DNA from: Dehalococcoidia bacterium | Lineage (GTDB): Bacteria > Chloroflexota > Dehalococcoidia > GIF9 > UBA5629 | Assembly (NCBI GenBank): GCA_050011565.1 | Contig: JBEKIW010000001.1 | Coordinates: forward strand, 64,207 to 128,206 | Direction of reading: 5' to 3' | Length of the DNA: 64,000 nucleotides | Shown here: positions 31,125 to 41,813 of the stretch, one piece after another | Layout: each line of letters opens with the position of its first letter | Numbering within the stretch: the stretch's first letter is position 1 | The notes under the pieces: model-generated | Told to the model about the DNA's origin: nothing | The model's database searches: none | Seen by the model: only the letters and a program-made list of their open reading frames with translations | Translations under genes and position numbers: made by a program

Positions 31125-33836
31125 TTATCCCATCTCGGCCCAGTTTTTGCCTACCTTGATGTCAATCTTTAGCGGCACGCTGAGCTTTAAGGCTTGCGGC
31201 ATTATTCGGGATACCAGCTCTTTCATCCGGTCTGTTTCCTCAGGTGGCACTTCGAAAAGCAGTTCATCGTGCACTTGAAGCGTCATTTTGCATCGCATGT
31301 TGTGCTCTTCCATCTCGCGGTGGATGTTGACCATGGCGATTTTGATGATATCGGCTGATGTTCCCTGTACCGGCATGTTGATTGCCATTCGCTCGGCAGC
31401 TTGTCTTACCTGCCCGTTAGGGGATTTGAGTTCGGGAATATAGCGTCTCCTGCCCATCACCGTCTGCACGTACCCCAGCTCCCTGGCCTGAGTCTTGGTG
31501 TTCTCGATATATTCTCTGACCTTAGGATATTTCTCGAAGTAGGCACTTATAAACCCAGAGGCTTCCTGACGGCTGAAACTGGTGGCCTGCTCCAGACCGT
31601 AGTCGCTCATGCCGTAGATGACGCCGAAGTTGACGGTCTTAGCTACCCGGCGCATCTCTGTGGTCACCTTGTCCTCGGGGACGTTGAAGATGCGGGAGGC
31701 GGTAGCGGTGTGAACGTCTTCATCCCGTAGGAAGGTAGCGATAAGCTCTGGGTCCTGTGAGATGTGGGCCAACACCCTGAGGTCGATTTGAGAATAATCG
31801 GCGGACAGAAGCTGCCATCCAGGCTCAGCGATGATAGCCTGCCTGATTTTGCCGCCTAATTCGCTTCTTATGGGTATGTTCTGCATATTGGGCTCACTGG
31901 AGGAAAGCCGGCCGGTGGTGGTACCGGTCTGGTTGAAGCTGGTATGGAGCCTGCCGGTCTTGGGGTTTACCAGCGCGCAGAAGGCATCCGTATAAGTTGA
32001 CTTCAGCTTGGCTAGCTGGCGGTATTGCAGGATAAGTTCAATGATGGGATGAGCCCCTTTTAACTCTTCGAGCATTGCAGCTTTGGTGGAGCTGCTCTTC
32101 GTTTTGCGAGGCTTGTCAAGCTTTAGCTCTTCATAAAGGACTATGGACATTTGCTGTGGCGAGTTTATGTTGAACCTGTGGCCGAGGCTGTTGTATATTT
32201 CTGCTTCCAGCCTCAGCATATCCCTTCCCAGGCTGTGGGACATATCCTGCAGTAGTTCAACGTCTATAGCCACACCGTTTCTTTCCATAGATACCAGCAC
32301 CGGGACTAAAGGCATCTCCACTTCGCTGAAAAGCTGCCACAATCCCTCTTCTCGCAGCTCTGTATCAAGCACACTTTTGAGCCTGAGGGTAATATCGGCA
32401 TCGGCACAGGCGTAGTCGGCCACCTCTTCAATAGTCGCCATCGCCATAGAGAGCTGCTTGGGTCCCTTGCCGATTAAATCGGTAATGGGCGTCATTTCCA
32501 CTCCCAGTCTATTGAAAGCCAACGCTTTAAGCCCCAGGGATTTTTCACCCAGTAAATAGGCGGCAAGCATGGTGTCGAAAGCCAGGTTCTCCAGCTTTAT
32601 GCCGTATTCAGCGAGTACCGTCATATCGAATTTGCCGTTTTGAGCTATTTTGGGGATTTTGGCATCTTCAAGCACCGGCTTAAGCCTGGCAGTAACTTGA
32701 GTTAGCGGCAGCTGGGATATCTGGCTTAGCCCGCGGTGTCCCAACGGTATGTAGTAGGCTTCACCCGGCGTTAATGATAGTGAGATGCCGACGAGCTCAC
32801 AAGCCATAACTTCTTTGGCGGAAGTCTCCAGGTCAACCGCGAATTCTTTGGCAGCCAGCAGCTGGCTGATAAGCTTATCCAAATCCCGGTCGGTGCTAAT
32901 TATGTGGTAGTCCTTGCTAATTATGGGCTTGGCGGGAACTAAAGCTGATTCCTTTTCTATCTCCTCGGGCAGCCTGGACAGCAACTGGACGAATCCCAGT
33001 TCGCGAAAGAGTTCAACCACCTGATTTCTATCGTAGGCGGTGACATGGCAAGCATCCAGATTTAAGGTTATAGGCACATCGGTGACTATTGTGGCCAGCT
33101 CTTTATTTAGAAGAACCCGGTCTTTATAGTCGCGCAGCAAGGTCTGTAACCTTTCAGGGGTCGCTTGGTCAATGTGGGCGTAGATTCCCTCGAGGCTGCT
33201 GAACTGGCGCAGTAGCTTGGCGGCTGTCTTGTCGCCGATGCCGGGTACACCCGGTATGTTATCCGAGGGGTCGCCGGTGAGGGCTTTGAGGTCAGCTAGT
33301 TGACTGGCAGATATGCCGTATTTCTCTTCGACGCCAGCCTCGTCATAGATTACCGTATCGCTGAAGCTTCGCTTCGGCGACATTACTTTAGTGCTGGGAG
33401 ATACAAGCTGGAGCATATCGTTGTCGCCGGTAACTACCAGGGTGTCTACGTTTTGCTTTTCGGCCTGCCGGCTCAGTGTACCCAGCACGTCATCAGCCTC
33501 GTAACCATCGATTTCGAAGGTGGGAATATGGAAGGTATCTACCAGTTGATGGACCCGGTGTATCTGGCTGATAAGCTCTTCGGGGGCTTTGGGGCGCTGG
33601 GCTTTGTAGTCCTCGAATTTTTCATGTCTGAAGGTCGGTCCGGGACGGTCGAAGGCAATAGCCCAGTGGGTTGGCTTGATTTCATTCAGCACCTTGAGCA
33701 AGGTGCTGGCGAAGCCCTGGACGGCATTGACCATTTCCCCGGTCTTGGATATGGTCAGCGGAGGGATGGCGTGGAAAGCCCGGTGGACCAGAGCATTTCC
33801 GTCGAAGAGAAGCAGGAGTGGTTTTTCTTTGGCCAA
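31125..33836 (-). CDS. polA: DNA polymerase I
   Basis: 903 aa. 5'-3' exo, 3'-5' exo and polymerase A motifs. Confidence 0.97.
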   Translation of the reverse strand: MAKEKPLLLLFDGNALVHRAFHAIPPLTISKTGEMVNAVQGFASTLLKVLNEIKPTHWAIAFDRPGPTFRHEKFEDYKAQRPKAPEELISQIHRVHQLVDTFHIPTFEIDGYEADDVLGTLSRQAEKQNVDTLVVTGDNDMLQLVSPSTKVMSPKRSFSDTVIYDEAGVEEKYGISASQLADLKALTGDPSDNIPGVPGIGDKTAAKLLRQFSSLEGIYAHIDQATPERLQTLLRDYKDRVLLNKELATIVTDVPITLNLDACHVTAYDRNQVVELFRELGFVQLLSRLPEEIEKESALVPAKPIISKDYHIISTDRDLDKLISQLLAAKEFAVDLETSAKEVMACELVGISLSLTPGEAYYIPLGHRGLSQISQLPLTQVTARLKPVLEDAKIPKIAQNGKFDMTVLAEYGIKLENLAFDTMLAAYLLGEKSLGLKALAFNRLGVEMTPITDLIGKGPKQLSMAMATIEEVADYACADADITLRLKSVLDTELREEGLWQLFSEVEMPLVPVLVSMERNGVAIDVELLQDMSHSLGRDMLRLEAEIYNSLGHRFNINSPQQMSIVLYEELKLDKPRKTKSSSTKAAMLEELKGAHPIIELILQYRQLAKLKSTYTDAFCALVNPKTGRLHTSFNQTGTTTGRLSSSEPNMQNIPIRSELGGKIRQAIIAEPGWQLLSADYSQIDLRVLAHISQDPELIATFLRDEDVHTATASRIFNVPEDKVTTEMRRVAKTVNFGVIYGMSDYGLEQATSFSRQEASGFISAYFEKYPKVREYIENTKTQARELGYVQTVMGRRRYIPELKSPNGQVRQAAERMAINMPVQGTSADIIKIAMVNIHREMEEHNMRCKMTLQVHDELLFEVPPEETDRMKELVSRIMPQALKLSVPLKIDIKVGKNWAEMG

Positions 33837-33866
33837 GTTCTAAACTCTTGAAATCTTTTGATAGTT

Positions 33867-33964
33867 TGTCACTCTAAGCGTAGCGAAGAATCTGGCTAGC
33901 CTTCCGGCCTCGGAGAGTTTCCCCAAGCTAGTGTCTTCGTTCGCTTCGTTCCCTCAGAATGACA
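33867..33964. repeat. MITE-like palindromic intergenic repeat, copy B
   Basis: tgtcactctaagcgtagcgaagaatc ... cgttccctcagaatgaca. Same family as 5287 and 39286. Confidence 0.6.
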
Positions 33965-34044
33965 TAAATAAAGGCGCAGGTTCATTATATATCAAGTTGA
34001 CAGCCGTGGTATACTATTTGCTCATCTGGATAGGCAGTTTAGAA

Positions 34045-34974
34045 ATGAACAAAAAAGGCCTGCTTTCGGTAGCTGATTTAAGCGTTGCGGAAGTCGAGAA
34101 AATCATCGCTCAAGCCTTGAAAATCAAACAGGGGCCGGCACCGCAGTCGTTGTCCGGCAAGATACTAGTTCTATTGTTCGAGAAACCGTCTTTGCGGACA
34201 AGGGTCAGCTTTGAAGTGGCAATACATCAACTAGGCGGCTATTGCCTTTACTTATCGCCCGACGAGGTAGGGCTGGGCAAGCGAGAGCCGGTATCTGACG
34301 TAGCCCGGGTGCTCAGCCGCTACGTACATGGCATCATAGCCCGCACCTTTGCTCACCAGACTTTGCAAGCCCTGGCGAGCCACTCGACTGTGCCGGTAAT
34401 TAACGCTCTTTCAGATTCGGAACATCCCTGCCAGGCTTTGGCTGATGTAATGACTATTCGGGAGAAAAAGGGGAAGCTTAAGGGCTTAACACTGGCTTTT
34501 ATCGGCGATGGTAATAATGTGGCTAACAGTTTACTGTTGGCGGCTGCATCTACGGGGATTAACTTTCGCATCGCCTCTCCACCCGGCTATGGGGTCAAGG
34601 ACGAGATATTGCAGACGGCCAAAGGTTTAGCCGCTCACAGCGGCAGCCGGATCTTATTAACTGATAAGCCTGAGCAAGCGGTTAAGGACGCGGATGTCGT
34701 TTACACCGATGTGTGGACGAGCATGGGGCAGGAAGTTGAGTCCGCCATACGCCGCAAAGCCTTCGCGCACTATCAGGTTGACGCCCGATTATTATCTTTA
34801 GCCAGGAAGGACGCTATATTCATGCATCCTCTGCCAGCTCATCATGGGGAGGAGGTTGCTGCTGGAATACTGGAAGACCCACGCTCAGTGGTCTTTGACC
34901 AGGCAGAAAACAGGCTTCACCTGCAAAAAGCGCTGCTGATTGAGATGTTCGGCAAAGTTGGACGCGCCCGCTAA
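34045..34974 (+). CDS. argF: ornithine carbamoyltransferase
   Basis: STRTR carbamoyl-phosphate motif, HPxQ, HPLP. Track ORF (33931) starts inside the repeat; Met at 34045 preferred. Confidence 0.85.
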   Translation: MNKKGLLSVADLSVAEVEKIIAQALKIKQGPAPQSLSGKILVLLFEKPSLRTRVSFEVAIHQLGGYCLYLSPDEVGLGKREPVSDVARVLSRYVHGIIARTFAHQTLQALASHSTVPVINALSDSEHPCQALADVMTIREKKGKLKGLTLAFIGDGNNVANSLLLAAASTGINFRIASPPGYGVKDEILQTAKGLAAHSGSRILLTDKPEQAVKDADVVYTDVWTSMGQEVESAIRRKAFAHYQVDARLLSLARKDAIFMHPLPAHHGEEVAAGILEDPRSVVFDQAENRLHLQKALLIEMFGKVGRAR

Positions 34975-35020
34975 CCAGTGGTATGCTTTATTGCAGCAAT
35001 CATTTCGAGAGAGAAATTAT

Positions 35021-36349
35021 ATGAAACCCGTTGTAGCTATAGTTGGTCGAGCCAATGTCGGAAAGTCGACACTGTTTAATCGCCTGGCAGGCGAGTCGGT
35101 GGCTGTGGTCGAAGACTTGCCGGGGACGACGCGTGACCGCGTCTTTGCCGATGTTTCCAGGGAGGGGCATGAGGTCACTCTGGTTGATACCGGCGGCCTA
35201 GAGTTGAGGCCGGGCTCTTCGCTGGCCCAGAAAGTTAAAGAACAGGCCGAGGTAGCCATAGCCGAAGCTGATGTCATTATTTTTATGGTGGACGTTCGCG
35301 ATGGGGTGATTGCTGCCGACTGCGAGATAGCTGACCTGCTTCGTATCTCCAGTAAGCCGGTCGTTTTGGTAGCGAATAAAGCGGATAACACTAAATGGGA
35401 AACCCAATTAGGTGATTTCTATCAGTTAGGTGTCGGCACTCCACTGGCTGTTAGCGCTCAGCATAATCGGGGTATAAACGAGCTCTGGCAATTGATAACT
35501 CCTCTTCTTCCCGAGGTTTCGGAAAGTCTTGCTGATTCAGACAGGCCTAAACTGGCTATTGTCGGCCGGCCAAATGTGGGGAAATCGATGTTATTGAATG
35601 CTATTGTCGGTAAGGCCAGAGCTATCGTGGACCAGACGCCGGGTACAACACGGGACGCTGTGGATACTGTTTTCAATTTCCGGGGGCAGGAGCTGCTGTT
35701 AATAGATACCGCCGGTATAAGGCGACGTGGACGTATGTCTATCGGGGTAGAATATTACAGCTTGATTCGAGCGTTACGTGCTATTAATCGGTGCGATGTA
35801 GCACTGTTGGTTACGGATGCCACCGAATTCATTACTGCTCAGGACGTGCATATTGCCGGATATATCAAGCAGTCGGGCAAAGGTATGGTACTGGTGATTA
35901 ATAAATGCGACCTTGTCTCCGAGCAGCCCAAAGAAGTATACTTTCAGCAAGTTCAGCAAAAGCTGAAGTTTATGTCTCACGCACCTGTTCTTTTCGTTTC
36001 GGCTAAATTTAAGCGCGGAGTAGATGAGGTGATACCCAAGGCCATGGAGGTCTGGCGGGAAGGGCAAAAGCAATTGTCTGACCCGGTAGTGGATAAATTT
36101 ATAAAGCAAGCGGTTATGGCCCATACGCGGCCCCGAAAAGGCTTAAAGCAACTCGAAGTTTTTCGTGCCTACCAGGCCGGCATCAGACCGCCCAGTTTCA
36201 CGCTTCTGGTTAACGACCCGGAACTGGTGCACTTTTCCTATCAACGATATCTGGAGAATAAACTCCGGCAAACCTTTGGGTTTTCCGGCACCTCGGTGCG
36301 GCTCCTTTTTAGGAGGGCACCAAGGAGAAAGCTTCAAAAAGCGGGGTGA
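35021..36349 (+). CDS. der: ribosome-associated GTPase Der (EngA), two G domains plus KH-like domain
   Basis: GRANVGKSTLFN and GRPNVGKSMLLN P-loops. Internal Met of track ORF 34940. Confidence 0.95.
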   Translation: MKPVVAIVGRANVGKSTLFNRLAGESVAVVEDLPGTTRDRVFADVSREGHEVTLVDTGGLELRPGSSLAQKVKEQAEVAIAEADVIIFMVDVRDGVIAADCEIADLLRISSKPVVLVANKADNTKWETQLGDFYQLGVGTPLAVSAQHNRGINELWQLITPLLPEVSESLADSDRPKLAIVGRPNVGKSMLLNAIVGKARAIVDQTPGTTRDAVDTVFNFRGQELLLIDTAGIRRRGRMSIGVEYYSLIRALRAINRCDVALLVTDATEFITAQDVHIAGYIKQSGKGMVLVINKCDLVSEQPKEVYFQQVQQKLKFMSHAPVLFVSAKFKRGVDEVIPKAMEVWREGQKQLSDPVVDKFIKQAVMAHTRPRKGLKQLEVFRAYQAGIRPPSFTLLVNDPELVHFSYQRYLENKLRQTFGFSGTSVRLLFRRAPRRKLQKAG

Positions 36350-36355
36350 CAATTC

Positions 36356-37018
36356 ATGATAGTGGCTAAGTTCGTTCTTGTGGCGCTGATTGGTTATTTT
36401 ACCGGTGCCATACCGGTTGCCTTGATAATCGGTAAGCGCATGGCGGGGATTGATATTTCCAAGCGCGGCAGCGGTAATATTGGCGGCACCAACGTGTTGC
36501 GTGTTGTAGGATTCAAGGCGGGAGTTATAACCATGGCTCTCGACCTGGCTAAGGCAATTGTGCCGGTGGTATTGGCCAGGTTCATCATAGGTGACGGCGT
36601 ACTCTCCATAGCCGGCTTCACTCTGGATTGGCGATGGGGTCAGGTCATAACCGCGTTGATGGTAATGGTGGGACACAACTGGTCAATATATATCAAATTC
36701 CGTGGCGGTAAAGGCGCGGCTGTTTATTATGGCAGCTGGTTTGCCATCTGGCCGGTAGTCGGCCTCTTCGGCGGCCTTATTTTGATAATAACGGTTTTAC
36801 TGAGCAAATACATGTCCCTGGGTACCATACTCGGCTCGTTGAGTATACTATGCCTGTTTATCATAATGACATTAACTGACGCATCTCCACCGGTCTATTT
36901 AATCTACAGCGTATTGGCTGCCGCCTTGATTGTCTATCAGCATCGGAGCAATATAAGCAGACTGCAGACTGGAACCGAGAGCCGGATGGACCAGGGCCCT
37001 AATAAGATAGCCCTGTGA
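36356..37018 (+). CDS. plsY: glycerol-3-phosphate acyltransferase PlsY
   Basis: RGSGNIGGTNVLRV motif; conserved der-plsY-gpsA synteny. Confidence 0.9.
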   Translation: MIVAKFVLVALIGYFTGAIPVALIIGKRMAGIDISKRGSGNIGGTNVLRVVGFKAGVITMALDLAKAIVPVVLARFIIGDGVLSIAGFTLDWRWGQVITALMVMVGHNWSIYIKFRGGKGAAVYYGSWFAIWPVVGLFGGLILIITVLLSKYMSLGTILGSLSILCLFIIMTLTDASPPVYLIYSVLAAALIVYQHRSNISRLQTGTESRMDQGPNKIAL

Positions 37019-37073
37019 TTTGCTGCTTCGAATCTGCGTGAAAATTCTCTGCCTTTTTTGAGGAGTAGTTTTT

Positions 37074-38063
37074 ATGTCCAAAGTTGCTGTTATCGGTTCT
37101 ACTACCTGGGGCAATACCCTGGCCAGGTTGTTGGCGGTAAAAGGAGCTATGGTCTCCGTTTGGGCACGGACTGAGTCCAGAGCCGGCGAGCTGAGAGAAG
37201 AGGTCTTATCGGAAGGGGACTACAGCGAGCGCCTTTCCTTTACCGGCAGTATTGAAGAAGCGTTGGGTGCCGCTGAGTTTGTTATCTGCGCCGTACCGGC
37301 TCAACGAATGAGGCAGAATTTGAGGTTGAGCAATCCTCATTTTATTCCTTCGGCAATATTGGTCAGCGCAGCTAAGGGGCTGGAAGCAGAAACCGGTAAA
37401 AGAATGTCAGAGGTCATCGCAGATGAGGTTAGCTCTGTTTCTCAGGACAGGATATGTGCTCTATCCGGACCGAATCTTTCCACGGAGATTAAGCAAGGCT
37501 TACCGGCTACGTCGGTGATAGCCAGCCGAGATATAGAGGTTGCCAGACAGGTGCAGGGACTACTGGACTCACCTGATTTTACCGTTTTTGTCAGCGATGA
37601 CATTATCGGCGTCGAGCTATGTGGTGCCCTGAAGAATGTGATTGCCGTAGGGGCTGGAATTATGGATGGCCTAAACCTGGGCAACAACGCTAAAGCGGCG
37701 TTTATAACTTTAGGCTGGAAGGATGTTGTTTCGCTGGGGATAGCCCTGGGAGCCAGACCAGACACCTTTTATGGACTGGCTGGCCTGGGGGACCTAATAG
37801 CAACCGGTAACAGCCCGTTGAGCCGTAATCACTACGTAGGCTATGAACTGGGCAAGGGAAGACCTTTAAGCGATATAATCAAGTCCATGTCACAGGTGGC
37901 TGAGGGCGTCGATACCGCTGTGGCTGCTCACCGATTGGCCGCCAGAGTGAACCTGGAAGCGCCGATTGTGAATTTGGTGTACAGCGTATTATTCGAGTCT
38001 CTGCCGCCGGCTGAGATATCGACGCGTTTCAAGAACGGTCTGAAGCCTGAATCAATTGCTTGA
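37074..38063 (+). CDS. gpsA: NAD(P)H-dependent glycerol-3-phosphate dehydrogenase
   Basis: N-terminal Rossmann VAVIGSTTWG, GpsA C-terminal domain. Confidence 0.93.
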   Translation: MSKVAVIGSTTWGNTLARLLAVKGAMVSVWARTESRAGELREEVLSEGDYSERLSFTGSIEEALGAAEFVICAVPAQRMRQNLRLSNPHFIPSAILVSAAKGLEAETGKRMSEVIADEVSSVSQDRICALSGPNLSTEIKQGLPATSVIASRDIEVARQVQGLLDSPDFTVFVSDDIIGVELCGALKNVIAVGAGIMDGLNLGNNAKAAFITLGWKDVVSLGIALGARPDTFYGLAGLGDLIATGNSPLSRNHYVGYELGKGRPLSDIIKSMSQVAEGVDTAVAAHRLAARVNLEAPIVNLVYSVLFESLPPAEISTRFKNGLKPESIA

Positions 38064-38084
38064 GTCTAACGGGTATATTTCCGT

Positions 38085-39179
38085 CTACTCGACGATTTCC
38101 TGGTCGTCAATTTCAGATGTTTTAGCGGCTGGTAAGGTTTTGGCCAATTCTTCAATAAGCCGGCGCTGACCGGCGTCCATAGATTGTGGCGTTACCACCC
38201 GGACCACCACCAACTGGTCTCCCTTACCCCGGCCATGAAGGTGCGGAACACCTTTGCCCTTGATACGGAACGTCTTTCCAGTCTGAGTGCCCGGCGGTAT
38301 CTTCATTGTCACCTTGCCGTCAAGTGCCGGCACTTCTATGTTATCCCCCAGGGCAGCTTGAGCGAAATTGACAGGCAACTCATAGAAGACGTCATAGTCT
38401 TTACGGACAAAGAATTTATGGGGCTTCACGGAGAAATTGACGTAGATATCGCCCGGAGAGCCGCCATATTTACCGGCGTCACCTTCATTACTAAGGCGCA
38501 TCTGATAGTTTTCGTCTATTCCTGCTGGAACGGTTACCGTGAGCTTGCGTTTTACTCTTTCCTTGCCGCTGCCTTTGCACTGACGGCAAGGGTTGTTAAT
38601 AAGCGTGCCTTCGCCTTTACAGTGCGGGCAAGTGGCAGCATGAACAAAACGCCCGAAAAGGCTTTGCTGAATTCGACGAACTTCGCCATTGCCGTTGCAG
38701 TTTGGACATTTTTGCGGATTTGTCCCGGGCTGGCTGCCGACACCGTGACATATAGAGCAGTTTTCGATTCGCCAGGTTTCTAATTCCTTGCTGGCACCGA
38801 ATACGGCTTCTTCGAAAGAGAGAGTCAAATTAGCCCGCAGGTCGCCCCCTTTTTGAGGGGAACGGCGTTGGGCTCTGGTCGTAGTAGCGCCGAAGAAAGC
38901 GTCGAATATGTCACCCAAGCCGCCAAAACCAATATCCTCGAAACCGAACAAATCGGCGGTGGCTACGCTGCCGAAGCGGTCATAGGAGGCACGCTTTTCA
39001 GCATTGGAGAGGACTTCATAGGCCTCGTTTATCTCTTTGAATTTCTCTTCGGCATCCGGCTCGCGGTTGTGGTCGGGATGATATTTGAAGGCTAACCTTC
39101 GGAAAGCCTTTTTGATTTCCCCATCACTGGCGTTTCTCGGAACTCCAAGTAGCTTATAATAATCTCGATTGTTGGCCAT
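38085..39179 (-). CDS. dnaJ: molecular chaperone DnaJ (J domain, G/F, four CxxCxGxG repeats, CTD)
   Basis: HPD motif plus full zinc-finger domain. Unlinked from dnaK. Confidence 0.95.
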   Translation of the reverse strand: MANNRDYYKLLGVPRNASDGEIKKAFRRLAFKYHPDHNREPDAEEKFKEINEAYEVLSNAEKRASYDRFGSVATADLFGFEDIGFGGLGDIFDAFFGATTTRAQRRSPQKGGDLRANLTLSFEEAVFGASKELETWRIENCSICHGVGSQPGTNPQKCPNCNGNGEVRRIQQSLFGRFVHAATCPHCKGEGTLINNPCRQCKGSGKERVKRKLTVTVPAGIDENYQMRLSNEGDAGKYGGSPGDIYVNFSVKPHKFFVRKDYDVFYELPVNFAQAALGDNIEVPALDGKVTMKIPPGTQTGKTFRIKGKGVPHLHGRGKGDQLVVVRVVTPQSMDAGQRRLIEELAKTLPAAKTSEIDDQEIVE

Positions 39180-39285
39180 ATTAAAACAGACCTCAACATT
39201 TCAGTATAACTGATAGGTCAATTTCTTAGCAAATTTTAAATAGGCTATCCCGTCGAAGCTGTAAAATTGCTTGGCAAAGTTCTAA

Positions 39286-39378
39286 TGTCATCCTGAGCGA
39301 AGCGAAGGATCCAGTGTTAACTTCATTGAGTCTGGGTTAAGCTAGATTCTTCGGTCGCTTTTGCTCCCTCAGAATGAC
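39286..39378. repeat. MITE-like palindromic intergenic repeat, copy C
   Basis: tgtcatcctgagcgaagcgaaggatc ... gctccctcagaatgac. Confidence 0.6.
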
Positions 39379-39450
39379 GGATATTTTCATGACAGTGTCA
39401 AACTGCAGAGTTTGTTTTGCCCATAGTACTGATGTATGATGCATTGTTGA

Positions 39451-40020
39451 ATGAAAGAGAAACTCATACAGGCTTTAGCTTCGCGGCAGAGGACTGGTTT
39501 AAACAGCATGGGGCTAACTGAAGCCGCAGTCCTTATTCCAATTTTCTGTAAAGACAGGGAATTCCACATACTCTTTACCCAGCGGAGCGACCTGGTGCCG
39601 CATCACAAAGGGCAGGTATCGTTTCCCGGTGGCGCGCGAAGCAAGGATGATACTACGCTTCAGGATACAGCCCTCAGGGAGAGCCGGGAAGAGATCGGGC
39701 TGAAAGCTAAGGACGCGGAAATTGTGGGAGAGCTGGACGATACTCCAACGACAACATCAGGTTATAATATCTCACCCTTCGTAGCTTTTATCCCCTATCC
39801 CTACAAGTTTATCTTAAGCCCTTACGAGATAAGCGAAATTTTTAGCATACCTGTCTCAGCACTGCTGCACAAGGCTAACAGAAAAAAAGAGCGATACACT
39901 TTTGGTGGTCAGGTTTTTGTCAATTACTCCTACGAATATGAGGGGAGAGTGATATGGGGGGCTACAGCTCGTATAGTCGAACAGTTACTTGAAATCTGGC
40001 AATCAATTTGCAGAACCTAG
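39451..40020 (+). CDS. NUDIX hydrolase (CoA pyrophosphatase-like)
   Basis: Nudix box GGARSKDDTTLQDTALRESREEIGL. Confidence 0.8.
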   Translation: MKEKLIQALASRQRTGLNSMGLTEAAVLIPIFCKDREFHILFTQRSDLVPHHKGQVSFPGGARSKDDTTLQDTALRESREEIGLKAKDAEIVGELDDTPTTTSGYNISPFVAFIPYPYKFILSPYEISEIFSIPVSALLHKANRKKERYTFGGQVFVNYSYEYEGRVIWGATARIVEQLLEIWQSICRT

Positions 40021-40102
40021 AAATCAACACTATCTGAGATATACCTAATAAATATTGTGAAGTAATATCATATATTTGTAGTAAATATAATGTAGTAATT
40101 AC

Positions 40103-40131
40103 TTGACAATACTTATAAATGTTATTATAAT
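40103..40131 (+). promoter_or_regulatory. consensus sigma70 promoter TTGACA-N17-TATAAT upstream of the cbpA-hspR-clpC operon, overlapped by small palindromes (AGTAATTACT; TTATAA..TTATAA)
   Basis: Read directly. AT-rich 130-bp leader. Confidence 0.6.
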
Positions 40132-40157
40132 ATAGCTAAAAGTCGAGGGTGAAGGTT

Positions 40158-41141
40158 ATGCCGAAAAAAGATTACTATGCAATTTTGGGCGTAAGCCGTA
40201 CTGCCACTGAAAAGGAGATAAAGCAGGCTTACCGTCGGCTTGCCCGGAAATACCATCCGGATGTCAATCCCGGGGACAAATCGGCCGAAACAAGGTTCAA
40301 AGAGATAAACGAAGCGCATGAGGTGCTTTCCGACCCGGAGAAACGAAAGAAGTACGACCGGTTTGGAGACCAATGGCAAAATGCCGAGCAGTTTGCCAAA
40401 GCCAGCCAGGGGGCTCAACGGGATTTCGGCAAAGGTGGGGCCTACACAACCTTTGATTTTGGTGACTTGGGTGATTTAGGGGACATATTCAGTGGTGCTT
40501 TTCAGGGCTTTGGCACAGGTGCGGGTACAGCTCGCCGAGCTGCCAGGCCTAGGAGCATAGAGCATCCTGTAGACGTAACTCTGGAAGAAGCTTATCAGGG
40601 TACAAAGCGTGTCATTCAGCTTCAGTCTGAAGAAGCTTGCCCAACCTGTGGTGGCACCAGCAGGGTGGGTCGGGCGCGCTGCACTACCTGCGGAGGTTCC
40701 GGCAGGCTGTTGAAACCCAGGCGGCTTGAAGTAAAGATTCCACCCGGGGTCGGAGACGGCTCTAAGGTGCGGATTGCCGGTCAAGGCAGCCAGGACTACG
40801 GCGGGTCTAAAGGTGACCTCTATCTGATAGTCAGGGTGCTGCCTCATCAAGTCTTTGAGCGCAAAGTTGACGACCTCCATACCGAGATAGCTATACCCCT
40901 GGTAACCGCCATGCTTGGCGGCGAGGTGGCAGTCCCCACACTGAAAGGGAAGGTAGCTTTAAAGGTGCCGCCGGAAACTCAAAATGGGAAGGTATTTCGG
41001 CTAGCCGGACAAGGTATGCCGCACCTGAACGATTCCTCCCGTGGTGATTTATTTGCTAAGGTAAAGGTGCTGCTGCCGACAAGATTAACGCCGCAGGAGA
41101 GGCAGCTATTCGAGCAGCTAAGAACATATCGTCCCAACTAG
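40158..41141 (+). CDS. DnaJ-domain co-chaperone (CbpA-like; only two CxxCxGxG repeats)
   Basis: J domain with HPD, truncated zinc-finger region, DnaJ C-terminal domains. Confidence 0.85.
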   Translation: MPKKDYYAILGVSRTATEKEIKQAYRRLARKYHPDVNPGDKSAETRFKEINEAHEVLSDPEKRKKYDRFGDQWQNAEQFAKASQGAQRDFGKGGAYTTFDFGDLGDLGDIFSGAFQGFGTGAGTARRAARPRSIEHPVDVTLEEAYQGTKRVIQLQSEEACPTCGGTSRVGRARCTTCGGSGRLLKPRRLEVKIPPGVGDGSKVRIAGQGSQDYGGSKGDLYLIVRVLPHQVFERKVDDLHTEIAIPLVTAMLGGEVAVPTLKGKVALKVPPETQNGKVFRLAGQGMPHLNDSSRGDLFAKVKVLLPTRLTPQERQLFEQLRTYRPN

Positions 41142-41177
41142 GTATTGTCATGGTATTATTGAGGTGATAAGATAGAA

Positions 41178-41531
41178 ATGAATTCGGCGAATTTAGAACC
41201 TAGATATGTGATAAGTATTGCGGCTCGAATAGTGGGCATTGAGACGTACACTTTACGATATTATGAAAGTATTGGCCTGGTGCAACCCTATCGTTCCAAA
41301 GGGCACATTCGCTACTACTCGGAAGCCGATATCGAACGCCTGCGTCATATCAAAACCTTGATGGGAGATCTGGGAATTAATCTAGCCGGAGTGGAAGTGG
41401 TAATACGCATGGCCCATAAAATGGTGGAGATGCAACACCGGATTAAGGAAATGGAATCTGAAATTGAACAGTTAAAACAGGTGGAGATGGGGGAAACAGA
41501 GAGGGAAAAGAAGGGAATTAATAATGCCTAG
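41178..41531 (+). CDS. hspR: MerR-family heat-shock repressor HspR-like
   Basis: MerR HTH (YVISIAARIVGIETYTLRYYESIGLV). Position directly after a dnaJ/cbpA homologue as in actinobacterial and Helicobacter hspR operons. Confidence 0.75.
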   Translation: MNSANLEPRYVISIAARIVGIETYTLRYYESIGLVQPYRSKGHIRYYSEADIERLRHIKTLMGDLGINLAGVEVVIRMAHKMVEMQHRIKEMESEIEQLKQVEMGETEREKKGINNA

Positions 41532-41808
41532 GACCAAAACAAAATTACAGCCTGCCAAGTGGCAGATTACGGCAACGACTATTAAATGTGATTTGGTAGA
41601 CGACTTCGTCACTATAATGGTGTACAAGGATTGGTCGACAAAATGTGTTTGGTACGGTCGTTATAAGCAGAAAGCCGTTGAGGACAAAAACTATAAAGTC
41701 GATAGGAAAATAAGGCCCAAAGTAGATAAATGCCAGGGGCCTGAATGCTCCTATGTTACCAGTTATAGAGGTAAGCTGGTTAAGGAAGAATTTGGGGAGA
41801 AGAAGTAG
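41524..41808 (+). CDS. small conserved-looking Cys-containing hypothetical protein (94 aa)
   Basis: ORF track. 8-nt overlap with hspR and 5 nt before clpC, which suggests translational coupling. Confidence 0.4.
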   Translation: MPRTKTKLQPAKWQITATTIKCDLVDDFVTIMVYKDWSTKCVWYGRYKQKAVEDKNYKVDRKIRPKVDKCQGPECSYVTSYRGKLVKEEFGEKK

Positions 41809-41813
41809 ATAAT

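Noticed and set aside
40021-40148. Search for a canonical HAIR element (CTTGAGT-N7-ACTCAAG) upstream of the hspR operon, and for CIRCE upstream of the stand-alone dnaJ
   Set aside because: Not found. Only short AT-rich palindromes are present, so the HspR operator remains unassigned.
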